Counted from the first letter of the stretch, positions 1 through 8,290 are shown. The stretch: 64,000 nucleotides of DNA from a virus (IMGVR_UViG_3300021255_000042:32001-96000); one strand, 5' to 3'. A program made the numbers and translations. Notes: generated from the letters alone by a model not told the origin.

Positions 1-101
1 CAGTAATCGCAAGATATATGATATTGGAGATTGCTCTAAAAGAAAAATGGATGGATATTGGGAGAGAACTGGAGGAGAATAAACCCCTAACGAAGTAACC
101 G

Positions 102-200
102 ATGTTTTGGACTAATTTATGGCTTGCGATAATAGCTTATATGCTTTACGAAATAGCCAATCAAATTTACAAGTTTCGGAAAGGAGACAAAGATGACTAA
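102..200 (+). CDS. Small membrane peptide (32 aa, MFWTNLWLAIIAYMLYEIANQIYKFRKGDKDD)
   Basis: Read by hand: ATG at 102, TAA ending at 200. Hydrophobic N-terminus and charged tail; fills the gap before ORF 216. Confidence 0.45.
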   Translation: MFWTNLWLAIIAYMLYEIANQIYKFRKGDKDD

Positions 201-215
201 CCTAATTTACTGATT

Positions 216-614
216 ATGTCAAGACAAAATAGCAGGAAGAAAAGACGCGATGCCATAAATATCGCAAAGATGAGCTGGGAAGATGTGTACCAACTTCCAC
301 TTCATCTCGATCCGTATGGTAGCTATGCGTGGAGCGTAAACGATACTATGTCGTTAATGTTCGAAGACAACCTTTCAGATGAATTTCGTCAAGAGGTGGT
401 GGACTGCATCAATGGCAAAAATTACGTTGACACAGAAGGATGGACGTATGATGTCGTTGATTTCTATTTCAAGGGAGAATATATGTTCTGCGTTCGTGGT
501 TGGGGACATCTCACGGGGACAGGTGCTTTGAACCTGCCAGAACACGAAGCAGAGCGAATCCAAGACGGGTTCATCAAATACATCGCAGAACGGTTAAATG
601 CAAAACCCGACTAA
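216..614 (+). CDS. Hypothetical phage protein
   Basis: 132-aa ORF in a tightly packed + strand gene run; contains a VRGWGHLTG motif. Confidence 0.7.
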   Translation: MSRQNSRKKRRDAINIAKMSWEDVYQLPLHLDPYGSYAWSVNDTMSLMFEDNLSDEFRQEVVDCINGKNYVDTEGWTYDVVDFYFKGEYMFCVRGWGHLTGTGALNLPEHEAERIQDGFIKYIAERLNAKPD

Positions 615-615
615 T

Positions 616-1110
616 ATGAAACAACATTGTTACATTTTACCACTGTTTTGTCTCGGCTTCGTGCTGGGAATCGTTGTCGGCGGCCTATCGAAGCCCGTAG
701 AGGCCAAGGAAATGCCTGAGCCGGTCGTACAGGTCTATGATACCTTGACGGACTGGAATGTCCTCCAGCTCGCTATTATTATGAAGGAGAGCCGCTTCAA
801 CCCGGATGCGGTAGGAAAGACCAACGACTATGGCATCTTCCAGATCACGCCCATCTATGTTCTGGAGGCCAACCGCCTTTCGAACCTTGAGTACACTCAC
901 GATGACGCATTCTCGATTGAGAAGAGCCTGGAAATGTTCAGCATCGTTCAGAACTACCATAACCCTGCACGCTCGATTGATTGTGCCATAACTCTGCATA
1001 ATCCTGGAGCCTCCAGTGCGTATGAGCGTCAAATCAAGAACAACATTACATTCATTCGGCGGTATGAGGCCGTCAGAGAAAACCTGATTGCGTATGAAAG
1101 AGAAAATTAA
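616..1110 (+). CDS. Membrane-anchored lytic transglycosylase (SLT/lysozyme-like)
   Basis: N-terminal hydrophobic segment, catalytic ES motif (KESRFNPDA), GIFQI motif and later HN(PG). Start placed at MKQHC. Confidence 0.75.
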   Translation: MKQHCYILPLFCLGFVLGIVVGGLSKPVEAKEMPEPVVQVYDTLTDWNVLQLAIIMKESRFNPDAVGKTNDYGIFQITPIYVLEANRLSNLEYTHDDAFSIEKSLEMFSIVQNYHNPARSIDCAITLHNPGASSAYERQIKNNITFIRRYEAVRENLIAYEREN

Positions 1111-1372
1111 TATCCTGGAAGCTGAGAAGCGTCTGCTTGACACGCTTAATGACAGCTTCGAAGATCGCCTCTATGAATTCGCGCAAGAACTCTTCCAGCG
1201 CGGCATTGCCAAGGTAGAAGAGAATGCGACCGTGGTAGGCGTGAATGATGAAGAATACAGCGATGGCTCCGATGGAGAATGCACCTGGTACGATGCCTTG
1301 TGGCAGGGCTTCTTCGATGAGGTCTATTACAAGACGTTCAACTTCTTAAAGTCTGAGTATGAAGATTCCTAA
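1088..1372 (+). CDS. Hypothetical acidic protein
   Basis: ORF overlapping both neighbours in the gene run. Confidence 0.65.
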   Translation: MRMKEKINILEAEKRLLDTLNDSFEDRLYEFAQELFQRGIAKVEENATVVGVNDEEYSDGSDGECTWYDALWQGFFDEVYYKTFNFLKSEYEDS

Positions 1373-1694
1373 GTACATCCAAGAAATGCTGGAGCGTAGA
1401 TGTGAGTGGGCGATTTACTCAACGCATCTCTCGAAGGACGATGATCCGTCCTGCACGATCCTGATTCACAAGCGCAGCCACTATTGTACCACCGACACGT
1501 TGATGAAGGAGGTCAAGAAGTTCATCAAATGGGTGAATTTCCAGAATAAGCTGAACATCATCTGGGGAACTATCAAGTACGTTCCGATGCACACGCATCA
1601 TTGCGACCAGTGGGCGAAAGTCGAGGTCGTTGATCCGGTTCTCCAGCAAATCGAAAAGTTTATCCCTGAAAAGTATTCCTATGCAGTACATTGA
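1359..1694 (+). CDS. Hypothetical protein
   Basis: 111-aa ORF coupled to its neighbours. Confidence 0.65.
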   Translation: MKIPKYIQEMLERRCEWAIYSTHLSKDDDPSCTILIHKRSHYCTTDTLMKEVKKFIKWVNFQNKLNIIWGTIKYVPMHTHHCDQWAKVEVVDPVLQQIEKFIPEKYSYAVH

Positions 1695-1932
1695 ATTAAT
1701 TTCCGAACGCGCCAAGAAGCGCGGTGCTGAGATGGTAGATTGCGTCAACCAGCATAACTATAATACTGGCTACTACTGGTATTGCAATGGAGATAAAATC
1801 TACTATTGCGCGTCTGATGAACATGAGATTCCAGCTGGCACAATGTTGCAGAAGCTTCGTTGGTTTGTTTCCGGCTTCATTGCTGAAGAGATGAAGAACG
1901 AGGTGGACTGGAAGATCGTGAGTGAAAATTAA
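1681..1932 (+). CDS. Hypothetical protein
   Basis: ORF 1630..1932; likely start MQYIEL at 1681. Confidence 0.6.
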   Translation: MQYIELISERAKKRGAEMVDCVNQHNYNTGYYWYCNGDKIYYCASDEHEIPAGTMLQKLRWFVSGFIAEEMKNEVDWKIVSEN

Positions 1933-1943
1933 ACCTTTCAAAT

Positions 1944-2195
1944 ATGACTTATCAGATTTCATATTTTGCTGTTCACGATTTATCAAGGATAACTCTGAAT
2001 TATGCGCTTGGAGACCTTTGGCCCACGAAGCGAGAAGCTTGCAATGAAATGCGTAACCTTGGAATTAGCCTTTACCATATTATCTGTGTATGTGAAGTTA
2101 TAGATGACAGTGGAGAGAATTCTATTGATTTCGGTTACGGACGCGATCGCAAGGAGGCTAAAAATAATGTGTTACCAAAATATAATCTCAAATGA
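1944..2195 (+). CDS. Hypothetical protein (AT-rich)
   Basis: 83-aa ORF with an ATGA overlap into the next gene. Confidence 0.55.
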   Translation: MTYQISYFAVHDLSRITLNYALGDLWPTKREACNEMRNLGISLYHIICVCEVIDDSGENSIDFGYGRDRKEAKNNVLPKYNLK

Positions 2196-2452
2196 ATAAG
2201 GAAAGACGCGAAGAACTCATTGAAGTGGTCGATTTGCTGGGAGATGCAAGTGACCGGCTGCGCGAAATCATTGATGACGAGCAGCAAGCCTATGACGACC
2301 TGTCCGAAGGGTTGCAGTACTCCAGGACTGGGGAAAGTATGCTCAACGCCATCGATCAGATGGAGACCTTTGACGACCATATTCACAAGGTAAGTGATGA
2401 GGTCGAAGACTTTATCAAACCTAAGAAAAAGAAGAAAGATGTCAAAAAGTGA
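2192..2452 (+). CDS. Hypothetical coiled-coil protein
   Basis: Acidic helical ORF (DEQQAYDDLSEGLQYS) with a basic tail. Confidence 0.7.
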   Translation: MNKERREELIEVVDLLGDASDRLREIIDDEQQAYDDLSEGLQYSRTGESMLNAIDQMETFDDHIHKVSDEVEDFIKPKKKKKDVKK

Positions 2453-2687
2453 CGAACTCATAGCAAAAATCGCTAAACGTGTCGCGCCCATAGTTGGGTG
2501 TGATACCATCACGATAATGATGGATTTGACATACTGCATTCAGGGCGGTTGCAACCTTCGCCTGGAAGATATGCTGAATGCCAGAGAAATTGACCTTATG
2601 CACGACATTTACGGCATCAACCGGCACCTGAACCATAACACTTTCGAGCTTGAAGGCGGGTTCTGGCCGAGGTTTGCCGGAAAATGA
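2439..2687 (+). CDS. Conserved phage protein (DUF6874-like)
   Basis: MDL...HDIYGINRHLN...FWPRFA pattern; family recalled from memory. Confidence 0.6.
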   Translation: MSKSDELIAKIAKRVAPIVGCDTITIMMDLTYCIQGGCNLRLEDMLNAREIDLMHDIYGINRHLNHNTFELEGGFWPRFAGK

Positions 2688-2694
2688 AAAATTA

Positions 2695-2726
2695 TTTGTG
2701 TATTACAAATAGTTTGCATACCTTTG
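2695..2726 (+). promoter_or_regulatory. Bacteroidetes primary-sigma promoter
   Basis: TTTG (2695-2698), 20-nt spacer, TACCTTTG (2719-2726), just upstream of ORF 2743. Confidence 0.65.
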
Positions 2727-2742
2727 TCAAAATTCAAATTCT

Positions 2743-3156
2743 ATGGATAGGACTAAGTTCTGTAAAATGCTCGCTATCGCAAAGAAGCGGTCGAAGAAAT
2801 CCACATCGGACATCTGTTTCGATATGAGGTGCCTTCCGACCGCACTGCGCCGTATAGAGCTGGGTGAAACCAACTTCCAGGTTGTGAAATGCCTGGAATA
2901 CTTGGCCGTTATTGGGAACCACATCGAGCTCTCTGACAACACCCAGGATTACGTGATTCGAACCGGCGAGGATTTGTCTGCCTATATTGAGGAATGCCTG
3001 AAGGGACGGTCAATCGGCCAGGTGTCGGTTGACGTTGGGTGCAATCGCAATTACTTCAGGCTCATCCTCAATGGTACGCACGACATTCCAATCGACCAGT
3101 TCCTCAAATTCAATGAGATAGTGGGCTGTAATCTATATCTGGTGAAGAATGGGTAA
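2743..3156 (+). CDS. Tandem XRE-like helix-turn-helix regulator
   Basis: Two HTH-like repeats (STSDICFDMRCLPTALRRIELGETN; SIGQVSVDVGCNRNYFRLILNG). Confidence 0.65.
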   Translation: MDRTKFCKMLAIAKKRSKKSTSDICFDMRCLPTALRRIELGETNFQVVKCLEYLAVIGNHIELSDNTQDYVIRTGEDLSAYIEECLKGRSIGQVSVDVGCNRNYFRLILNGTHDIPIDQFLKFNEIVGCNLYLVKNG

Positions 3157-3946
3157 ATATATGCTACTTTCTAACGGCCCGAAACGGGTTCAACTTATTT
3201 CGGACAACGGCCAATTCCAGACAGTATTGGCCGGTAAGCAAGTCGTGTATCAGGAATCCACCGAACGGTACTGGGTTTACCTTCTCTTCCAGAAAGAGGA
3301 TCGCGCCGAGTTTATACGTGAGCTTCGTGGCTCGGTTAAGCTGGAGCTGTCGCCTATGGAAGTGGATCAGTTCACCCAGGACTTCATCGATGCTCACTTT
3401 GTGCAACGTGTGAACGAATACACGTTCGATATGCTGCCGCGCCAGGCAGATGCGCAAGGTGGCCTGATACTGCCAATTCCAGGATATACCTGTACCATAT
3501 CTTCCGAACACGAGGACGCACTTCTAAGCCTGCTCGTGAGTTATCCTAATGCGGGAGTCAAATCAAAAATTGCCGGATGGTTCAAGACCTTCTGTACAAA
3601 CTATGGCTACGATTTCCAGAAGAAGTGCAAGGGGCTTCAATATGATTACCTCGCCCAGTCGTTCTTGGAGCAGGAGGGAATCGACCCTGACAGTTTGCCA
3701 CCAGCACCTCAGACGGACAATGATACCGGCGGCCTTTCCGATGCCGCAATTGGTACGATCCTGGGGGTGTTGGTGCCGATAGTTCTTGGGCCGCTTCTCT
3801 TTGTGGCCGGGGTAAAAATATGCGACATCTTCCCCAGCTTCTTTGGGATAACGCTTGGTGTGCTCGTGTCTGGAGTTGGCATTCTACTGTTTGGTTTTGC
3901 TATCGGAGTGTACAACTACGATGATATATTTGGAAACAAACAATGA
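3149..3946 (+). CDS. Hypothetical membrane protein (two C-terminal TM helices)
   Basis: 265 aa with two hydrophobic C-terminal segments. Confidence 0.7.
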   Translation: MGKYMLLSNGPKRVQLISDNGQFQTVLAGKQVVYQESTERYWVYLLFQKEDRAEFIRELRGSVKLELSPMEVDQFTQDFIDAHFVQRVNEYTFDMLPRQADAQGGLILPIPGYTCTISSEHEDALLSLLVSYPNAGVKSKIAGWFKTFCTNYGYDFQKKCKGLQYDYLAQSFLEQEGIDPDSLPPAPQTDNDTGGLSDAAIGTILGVLVPIVLGPLLFVAGVKICDIFPSFFGITLGVLVSGVGILLFGFAIGVYNYDDIFGNKQ

Positions 3947-4305
3947 TAGTCAGATTAACCGAAAAGCATTTCAAGAAGCTCGCCGTCATAACTGACCTTC
4001 CACTGGAAGAAGTTATCAAGCTGAACTCTATGGGCCTTATCGATTGCGACAGGGCCGTTGCGTTGCTGATGAAATATGACTGGAAGTTACTCCTCTCAAA
4101 TGCCTCAGCGTACTCTGCCCAGCAGCGGATCGAGGCCATTATGAACGAGTACAATGTTACGGAACATCGCGTCCGGGAAACCGTCTATGGCAACCGCAGC
4201 ATGGAGTACTACTGTAAGGAATGTGGACGAAAAATCACTAAGACCGAAAGCCTAAAGAATCGAGGGTATTGCCACAAATGTACTGTAAAACAAATTAAAC
4301 TTTAG
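3943..4305 (+). CDS. Putative DNA-binding protein with C-terminal Zn finger
   Basis: CKECG...CHKC motif; ATGA-coupled to the previous gene. Confidence 0.65.
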   Translation: MIVRLTEKHFKKLAVITDLPLEEVIKLNSMGLIDCDRAVALLMKYDWKLLLSNASAYSAQQRIEAIMNEYNVTEHRVRETVYGNRSMEYYCKECGRKITKTESLKNRGYCHKCTVKQIKL

Positions 4306-4310
4306 GTGTT

Positions 4311-4622
4311 ATGAACCAAATCGAAATTGAGGCGTATGGTTATTACAAGAAGCTCTATGCGCCACTTATCATCTTCTTCAGGACAGGCAATCTATGCAAG
4401 GCGTTCAAGGAGGACGCAAGCATGGTTGCCGGTGCGTTAAACCTTCCAGTTGAAAATGACAGCGTGTCCCTGGAAGCTGATGGGATTCTTGATGTTGTCG
4501 GAGAGCTTGCCGGTCTTGGTTTTCAGGCCAAGGTTATCGAAATGCGTGGCGAATCCGGCGACTTCGAGGTGCCTGACGTACAAAAATTACGGGAGGAACA
4601 GGAACTGGACGAAAATTTTTAG
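4311..4622 (+). CDS. Stand-alone MutS domain I-like protein
   Basis: YKKLY...IIFFRTGNLCKAFKEDA..VA..LNL resembles the MutS N-terminal domain. Confidence 0.5.
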   Translation: MNQIEIEAYGYYKKLYAPLIIFFRTGNLCKAFKEDASMVAGALNLPVENDSVSLEADGILDVVGELAGLGFQAKVIEMRGESGDFEVPDVQKLREEQELDENF

Positions 4623-4680
4623 ACTTAACGGTAACATTTTAGTTACATACGCGGGTTAACAGCCTGAACTACAACTCATA

Positions 4681-4735
4681 ACGCTGGGAATCAAGCGAAT
4701 TTAGCCTTAACGGTTAAGTTGCTGATTCCCAGCGT
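4681..4735. repeat. Long inverted repeat / hairpin
   Basis: Perfect 13-bp arms ACGCTGGGAATCA (4681-4693) and TGATTCCCAGCGT (4723-4735), with further inner pairing AATTTAGCC/GGTTAAGTT. Confidence 0.8.
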
Positions 4736-4762
4736 ATTACGTCTAATTTTGTGCCAAAATTT

Positions 4763-4794
4763 CTTGGTTTGAATAGGGTATTATGCTACCTTTG
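4763..4794 (+). promoter_or_regulatory. Probable Bacteroidetes promoter
   Basis: CTTG, 20-nt spacer, TACCTTTG (4787-4794) upstream of ORF 4832. Confidence 0.5.
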
Positions 4795-4831
4795 TAGAAC
4801 CCGCTTGGGGCATTAGTTGAAATAATCCATA

Positions 4832-5377
4832 TTGCAAATGAATAGTGTATCTATCATCTCAAACGAACCTCAGAAGAGGATTTACACGAAGCTCAAATTC
4901 ACAGCATCGGACAAGACAAATGCGACTGTCGGCTTCGTTTCCCAGAACTCTAAAACCGGTGAAATCCGTGGCGTGCGCCAGGACGATCCACACCCGAAGA
5001 AAATATGTGTGGTTGACCGGAAGCTCTCTTGTGACATTCTTCACAACACTCTCTACAACGTTACCTTGATTCCTATGAAGGACAAGGACGGCTACGTGGT
5101 AATCGAAGCAACGCCGGTACAGTTCCGGGCCGTCATCGAGACCACCTATGTCCCCAAGGCAATCTACCATATCGATGTCAAATTCGGCAATAAGAAACTC
5201 CAGTTCGACCCTAAGGATGGCCGTAAGGAATCCGTGAAACGGCTCGACCTTTGCCGCCGCGTCCTGGAAACCCGCGTTGACGTTCGTGATCTTCCCCAGG
5301 TGATGGAAGACTTTGACATCGCAGTTCGCAACCTCTTAAGAAAATACGAAAACGATGGCTTTATCTACAGGAACTAA
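4832..5377 (+). CDS. Hypothetical protein
   Basis: 181-aa ORF with coding-like codon usage. Confidence 0.75.
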   Translation: MQMNSVSIISNEPQKRIYTKLKFTASDKTNATVGFVSQNSKTGEIRGVRQDDPHPKKICVVDRKLSCDILHNTLYNVTLIPMKDKDGYVVIEATPVQFRAVIETTYVPKAIYHIDVKFGNKKLQFDPKDGRKESVKRLDLCRRVLETRVDVRDLPQVMEDFDIAVRNLLRKYENDGFIYRN

Positions 5378-5606
5378 TATCGAATTCAAGCGGGCCAAGC
5401 TTCCCAGGAAGAGGAAGAAGGCCGCTATCAAGGCCCAGGGCCGCAAGTGGTACTTTGACACCATCAGGCTTCACGAAATCTGTGTCAAGAACGGCACCTG
5501 CACGGAGCGCGTTTGCAAGTTCTGGAAGAATGATTCAATCAAAGCACGTCCTTTCATTGTCGGCGGCCAGCCCCGTATGATTCCCGTAGCAACACGATTC
5601 TGGTAG
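5355..5606 (+). CDS. Small highly basic protein (possible nucleic-acid binder)
   Basis: KRAKLPRKRKKAAIKAQGRKW; ends 3 nt before the first structured RNA. Confidence 0.65.
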   Translation: MALSTGTNIEFKRAKLPRKRKKAAIKAQGRKWYFDTIRLHEICVKNGTCTERVCKFWKNDSIKARPFIVGGQPRMIPVATRFW

Positions 5607-5609
5607 AAC

Positions 5610-5702
5610 AATGGGCAATCAAAGCCCTGGTGAGAACCACGGCCTTGGGACATTGCTACAGGTAGTCTCATTCAAATGCACACTCAGTCCCAGTTGCCCA
5701 TT
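5610..5702 (+). ncRNA. Putative three-way-junction structured RNA 1
   Basis: P1 AATGGGCAA/TTGCCCATT; P2 closed by GAGA tetraloop; P3 TGGGAC/GTCCCA; junctions TCAAA, CT and G. Confidence 0.55.
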
Positions 5703-5709
5703 TTATTAT

Positions 5710-5833
5710 AAATAGGCGGTTAAATTTAGGTGTGAGCTTAAAAAGTGAAGCACGTTATTACTTAAGTTTAACAAAATAAGAGTAGTTTCAATCCCTACAG
5801 CCTTTATGACCATTTGCTTCACGCCGCCTATTT
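5710..5833 (+). ncRNA. Putative three-way-junction structured RNA 2
   Basis: P1 AAATAGGCGG/CCGCCTATTT; P2 TTTAGGT-GTGA-GCTTAAA; P3 GTGAAGCA/TGCTTCAC; junctions TTAAA, AA and G. Confidence 0.55.
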
Positions 5834-5845
5834 TATATTTTGCTT

Positions 5846-6241
5846 ATGGAACGACCTACACGCGGCATCGCAACTGATGCGGCCCACTCAACAAAGAACG
5901 GCGTTACCGAGTATCAGGGAATTGACCTGGAAACCGGTGAACGCATTTTTTATCGGAACCTGGGAAATCAGACCGTGAACATCGGTGAGTTCCTGGGAGT
6001 TGTTGAGGCTGTGAAGTACATCATCGAGAACGACTTCCAGCCTCGGATCATCTATACCGACAGTACAACCGCAATCTCGTGGTTCAATGCGAAACAGACC
6101 GCCAGCAACAAGAAGAACAAGGAACTGAAGAAGGCCGAAATCTTCCTGAAGGCGTTGGCGTATGACGTTGACACAATTGAAGTAAAGCATTGGGATAACA
6201 GAAAATGGGGCGAAACCCCGGCAGACTTTGGAAATAAATGA
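5846..6241 (+). CDS. rnhA: Ribonuclease H (Bacteroides-type RNase HI catalytic domain)
   Basis: All four acidic catalytic positions present: TDAA, NIGEFL, IYTDS, WGETPADFG. Confidence 0.9.
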   Translation: MERPTRGIATDAAHSTKNGVTEYQGIDLETGERIFYRNLGNQTVNIGEFLGVVEAVKYIIENDFQPRIIYTDSTTAISWFNAKQTASNKKNKELKKAEIFLKALAYDVDTIEVKHWDNRKWGETPADFGNK

Positions 6242-6289
6242 CCATTTCGTGCCCCGCTTCTCCAGCTAACGTTCTATTCTATAATAGAT

Positions 6290-6361
6290 CGCGGGATGGA
6301 GAAGCGGTATCTCGTTGGGCCCATTACCCAAAGACCGGGGGTTCGAATCCCTCTCCCGCTA
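6290..6361 (+). tRNA. tRNA-fMet (CAT), initiator-type
   Basis: Cloverleaf with C1:T72 mismatch, GGG/CCC closing the anticodon stem, CAT anticodon and TTCGAAT T-loop. CCA is not encoded. Confidence 0.85.
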
Positions 6362-6392
6362 CAACTTAAGTCAAACAAAATTCATAACAGTT

Positions 6393-6644
6393 ATGACCGT
6401 CTTTCTCATTATCGCTATGGTGGTTCTCACCCTCCTCAGCATTCTCTTCGCTTTTATGGCTGGCTACGGCGCAGCCCTGAAGGATCGCTTGGAAAAGACC
6501 GAAAAGTCCAAGGAAGCTCTTAAGGCTCTCCTGGAATTCGCTAAGGGTTTCATCGAGTATATGAACTCGCATGAGGACGACCCTGAGCATCCTGAATCCA
6601 CCCAGGAACCCGAACCTGGAAAGGAAGAGGCCGCTGAAAAGTAA
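6393..6644 (+). CDS. Single-TM membrane protein with acidic tail
   Basis: Start MTVFLII at 6393, between the two tRNAs. Confidence 0.7.
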   Translation: MTVFLIIAMVVLTLLSILFAFMAGYGAALKDRLEKTEKSKEALKALLEFAKGFIEYMNSHEDDPEHPESTQEPEPGKEEAAEK

Positions 6645-6653
6645 GCAGCTGAT

Positions 6654-6725
6654 TGAAGTGTGATGTAACGGCAAGCATCTGGGATTTTGGTTCCCATCGT
6701 CCTGGTTCGAATCCGGGCACTTCAA
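6654..6725 (+). tRNA. tRNA-Gln (TTG)
   Basis: TGAAGTG/CACTTCA acceptor stem, TGGGA-TTTTGGT-TCCCA anticodon arm, CCTGG-TTCGAAT-CCGGG T arm. Confidence 0.9.
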
Positions 6726-6753
6726 CTATGATTCAATTCAAACTCAAAGCACA

Positions 6754-7359
6754 ATGAAGAAATCCATTTTTGCTCTGGCACTCGTTGCCATGATAGGAGC
6801 CGCACTTTGTAGCTCCTGCAAATGCGTTGGGCCGAAGCCCGAAGCAAGTCTCGAAATCGTTCCGATGGTAGAACTTTCCTTAGAGAACACCGTAGCCGCC
6901 GACCGCGAATATATGTTCGTCCACTATGGCAGCAGCTACCGGTGGTACGAATCCTGCATCATCCTGGACGAATACATGGACGCTGAGGAATGCACCGGCA
7001 GTATCGCAGGAATTTCCAACGTCTTCCAGTCCATTGAAGGCGAGGCACCTTCCTTCGATACTCACGTCATTCTGTTCTCCTACACCCGTGAAGCACATAA
7101 TATGGAAGTTAAGCACGCCTTCTGGGTTGAGGATTGTCCGTTGAATGAGGAAGTTATCAATATTAGCTACAAGGAAGCCTACGAGAAAATGATGGAGGCC
7201 AATTACCCTAAACCGCATTCGAAACACTGTGTGCTGCGGAAGGAGGTCGGCCCCTATGATTGCAACGCTCAGTATATTTTCGGTAACATCGAAGCTCAGA
7301 TTTACGTTGACGCTGTTACCGGCGCGGTAAGCGATCAAAGTCCGGCATTTAACAAGTAA
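6754..7359 (+). CDS. Lipoprotein with PepSY-like C-terminus
   Basis: MKK + hydrophobic signal + lipobox (LCSSC); C-terminal ISYKEA...IYVDAVTGAV. Confidence 0.65.
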   Translation: MKKSIFALALVAMIGAALCSSCKCVGPKPEASLEIVPMVELSLENTVAADREYMFVHYGSSYRWYESCIILDEYMDAEECTGSIAGISNVFQSIEGEAPSFDTHVILFSYTREAHNMEVKHAFWVEDCPLNEEVINISYKEAYEKMMEANYPKPHSKHCVLRKEVGPYDCNAQYIFGNIEAQIYVDAVTGAVSDQSPAFNK

Positions 7360-7365
7360 CGCCCA

Positions 7366-7647
7366 ATGAAAGAGTTCTTCAAAAAGATATTCGGCTGGCT
7401 CGGTGAAAGCAACCGCCTCAAACACCTAATCTGCGGTTTCATCATCGGTCTCAGCTGCGGCCTGGATGCCGGTCTCGTTGCCGGTTTTGCAGTCGAATAT
7501 AAGGACTGGGCATATCAGGGCTATTCCAAAGGCCTCAATCCCTTCCAGAAGGGAAGCGGCTGGGATTGGCTCGATGTGGCCGCAACCTCGCTCGGTGCCG
7601 TGCTTGGCTCACTCGTCAGGCTCCTGGTTATCGGGCGCATTCTGTAA
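7366..7647 (+). CDS. Small integral membrane protein
   Basis: KH...EYKD...WDWLDVAAT pattern, hydrophobic. Confidence 0.7.
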   Translation: MKEFFKKIFGWLGESNRLKHLICGFIIGLSCGLDAGLVAGFAVEYKDWAYQGYSKGLNPFQKGSGWDWLDVAATSLGAVLGSLVRLLVIGRIL

Positions 7648-7697
7648 TGAGCTCCAAAGCTTCTGCCTCTCTTTATATTCTTGCCCATCTTCTCCCC

Positions 7698-7726
7698 GCC
7701 CCGCAGTAATGCGGGGCAATTTTTTG
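7698..7726 (+). terminator. Probable intrinsic terminator
   Basis: GCCCCGCA-GTAA-TGCGGGGC followed by AATTTTTT. Confidence 0.65.
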
Positions 7727-7738
7727 TATATTTGCCTT

Positions 7739-7999
7739 ATGAAAAAGTTCCTTCTCACCCTTTTCATCGTGTTATCGGCATCAACAATGGTGCTGATCTG
7801 CCTGATGAACTACCAATGTATCAGGCAAAAGAGTAATACCCTGGAATGCCTTCAGGAAGAGTTGGATAGCTTGAAATCCGTGAATGACAGCCTTACTGTA
7901 CGCGTGCGTGCGCTTGAACAAGAATGCGCCTCCAGTACGAAGGAATTGGAGGACGAGCTGGATGAGGTTGTGGGTTTTCTGAGCGGCCTTGGGTATTGA
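7739..7999 (+). CDS. Membrane-anchored coiled-coil protein
   Basis: Start MKKFLL within ORF 7466..7999; signal/TM segment then heptad repeats. Confidence 0.65.
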   Translation: MKKFLLTLFIVLSASTMVLICLMNYQCIRQKSNTLECLQEELDSLKSVNDSLTVRVRALEQECASSTKELEDELDEVVGFLSGLGY

Positions 8000-8114
8000 T
8001 TTGAAACACATTTGTGTCGTTGGAATTCGGCTTTTATGTGTCATCCAGCACCGTTAAGTCGAATTTATGGAAGCATAGTCTTTATGTGTCGTAAAAACAG
8101 AGTGTTATTTTTGT

Positions 8115-8145
8115 TTTGAATTTCGATTTTTCTATTATATCTTTG
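8115..8145 (+). promoter_or_regulatory. Bacteroidetes promoter within attP
   Basis: TTTG, 19-nt spacer, TATCTTTG. Confidence 0.55.
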
Positions 8146-8290
8146 CTGACGATAAACTGAGAATTGCGATTGCACTTTCGTGTTCGAAGTGTATTCTTTG
8201 ACATAAAATTATGCACTTAACTTGGTGATTATCAAGTAGTTATAGATTTGCTGAGAGCTCCCTTCCCAGCACCACTTTTTTGACTACTTC

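Noticed and set aside
6296-6523. ORFs starting inside tRNA-fMet (6296 and 6315 starts)
   Set aside because: They overlap a clear tRNA; the credible CDS starts at 6393.
6362-6753. tRNA-associated HDV-like (theta) ribozymes
   Set aside because: The sequences after both tRNAs are short, AT-rich leaders with no nested pseudoknot pairing visible.
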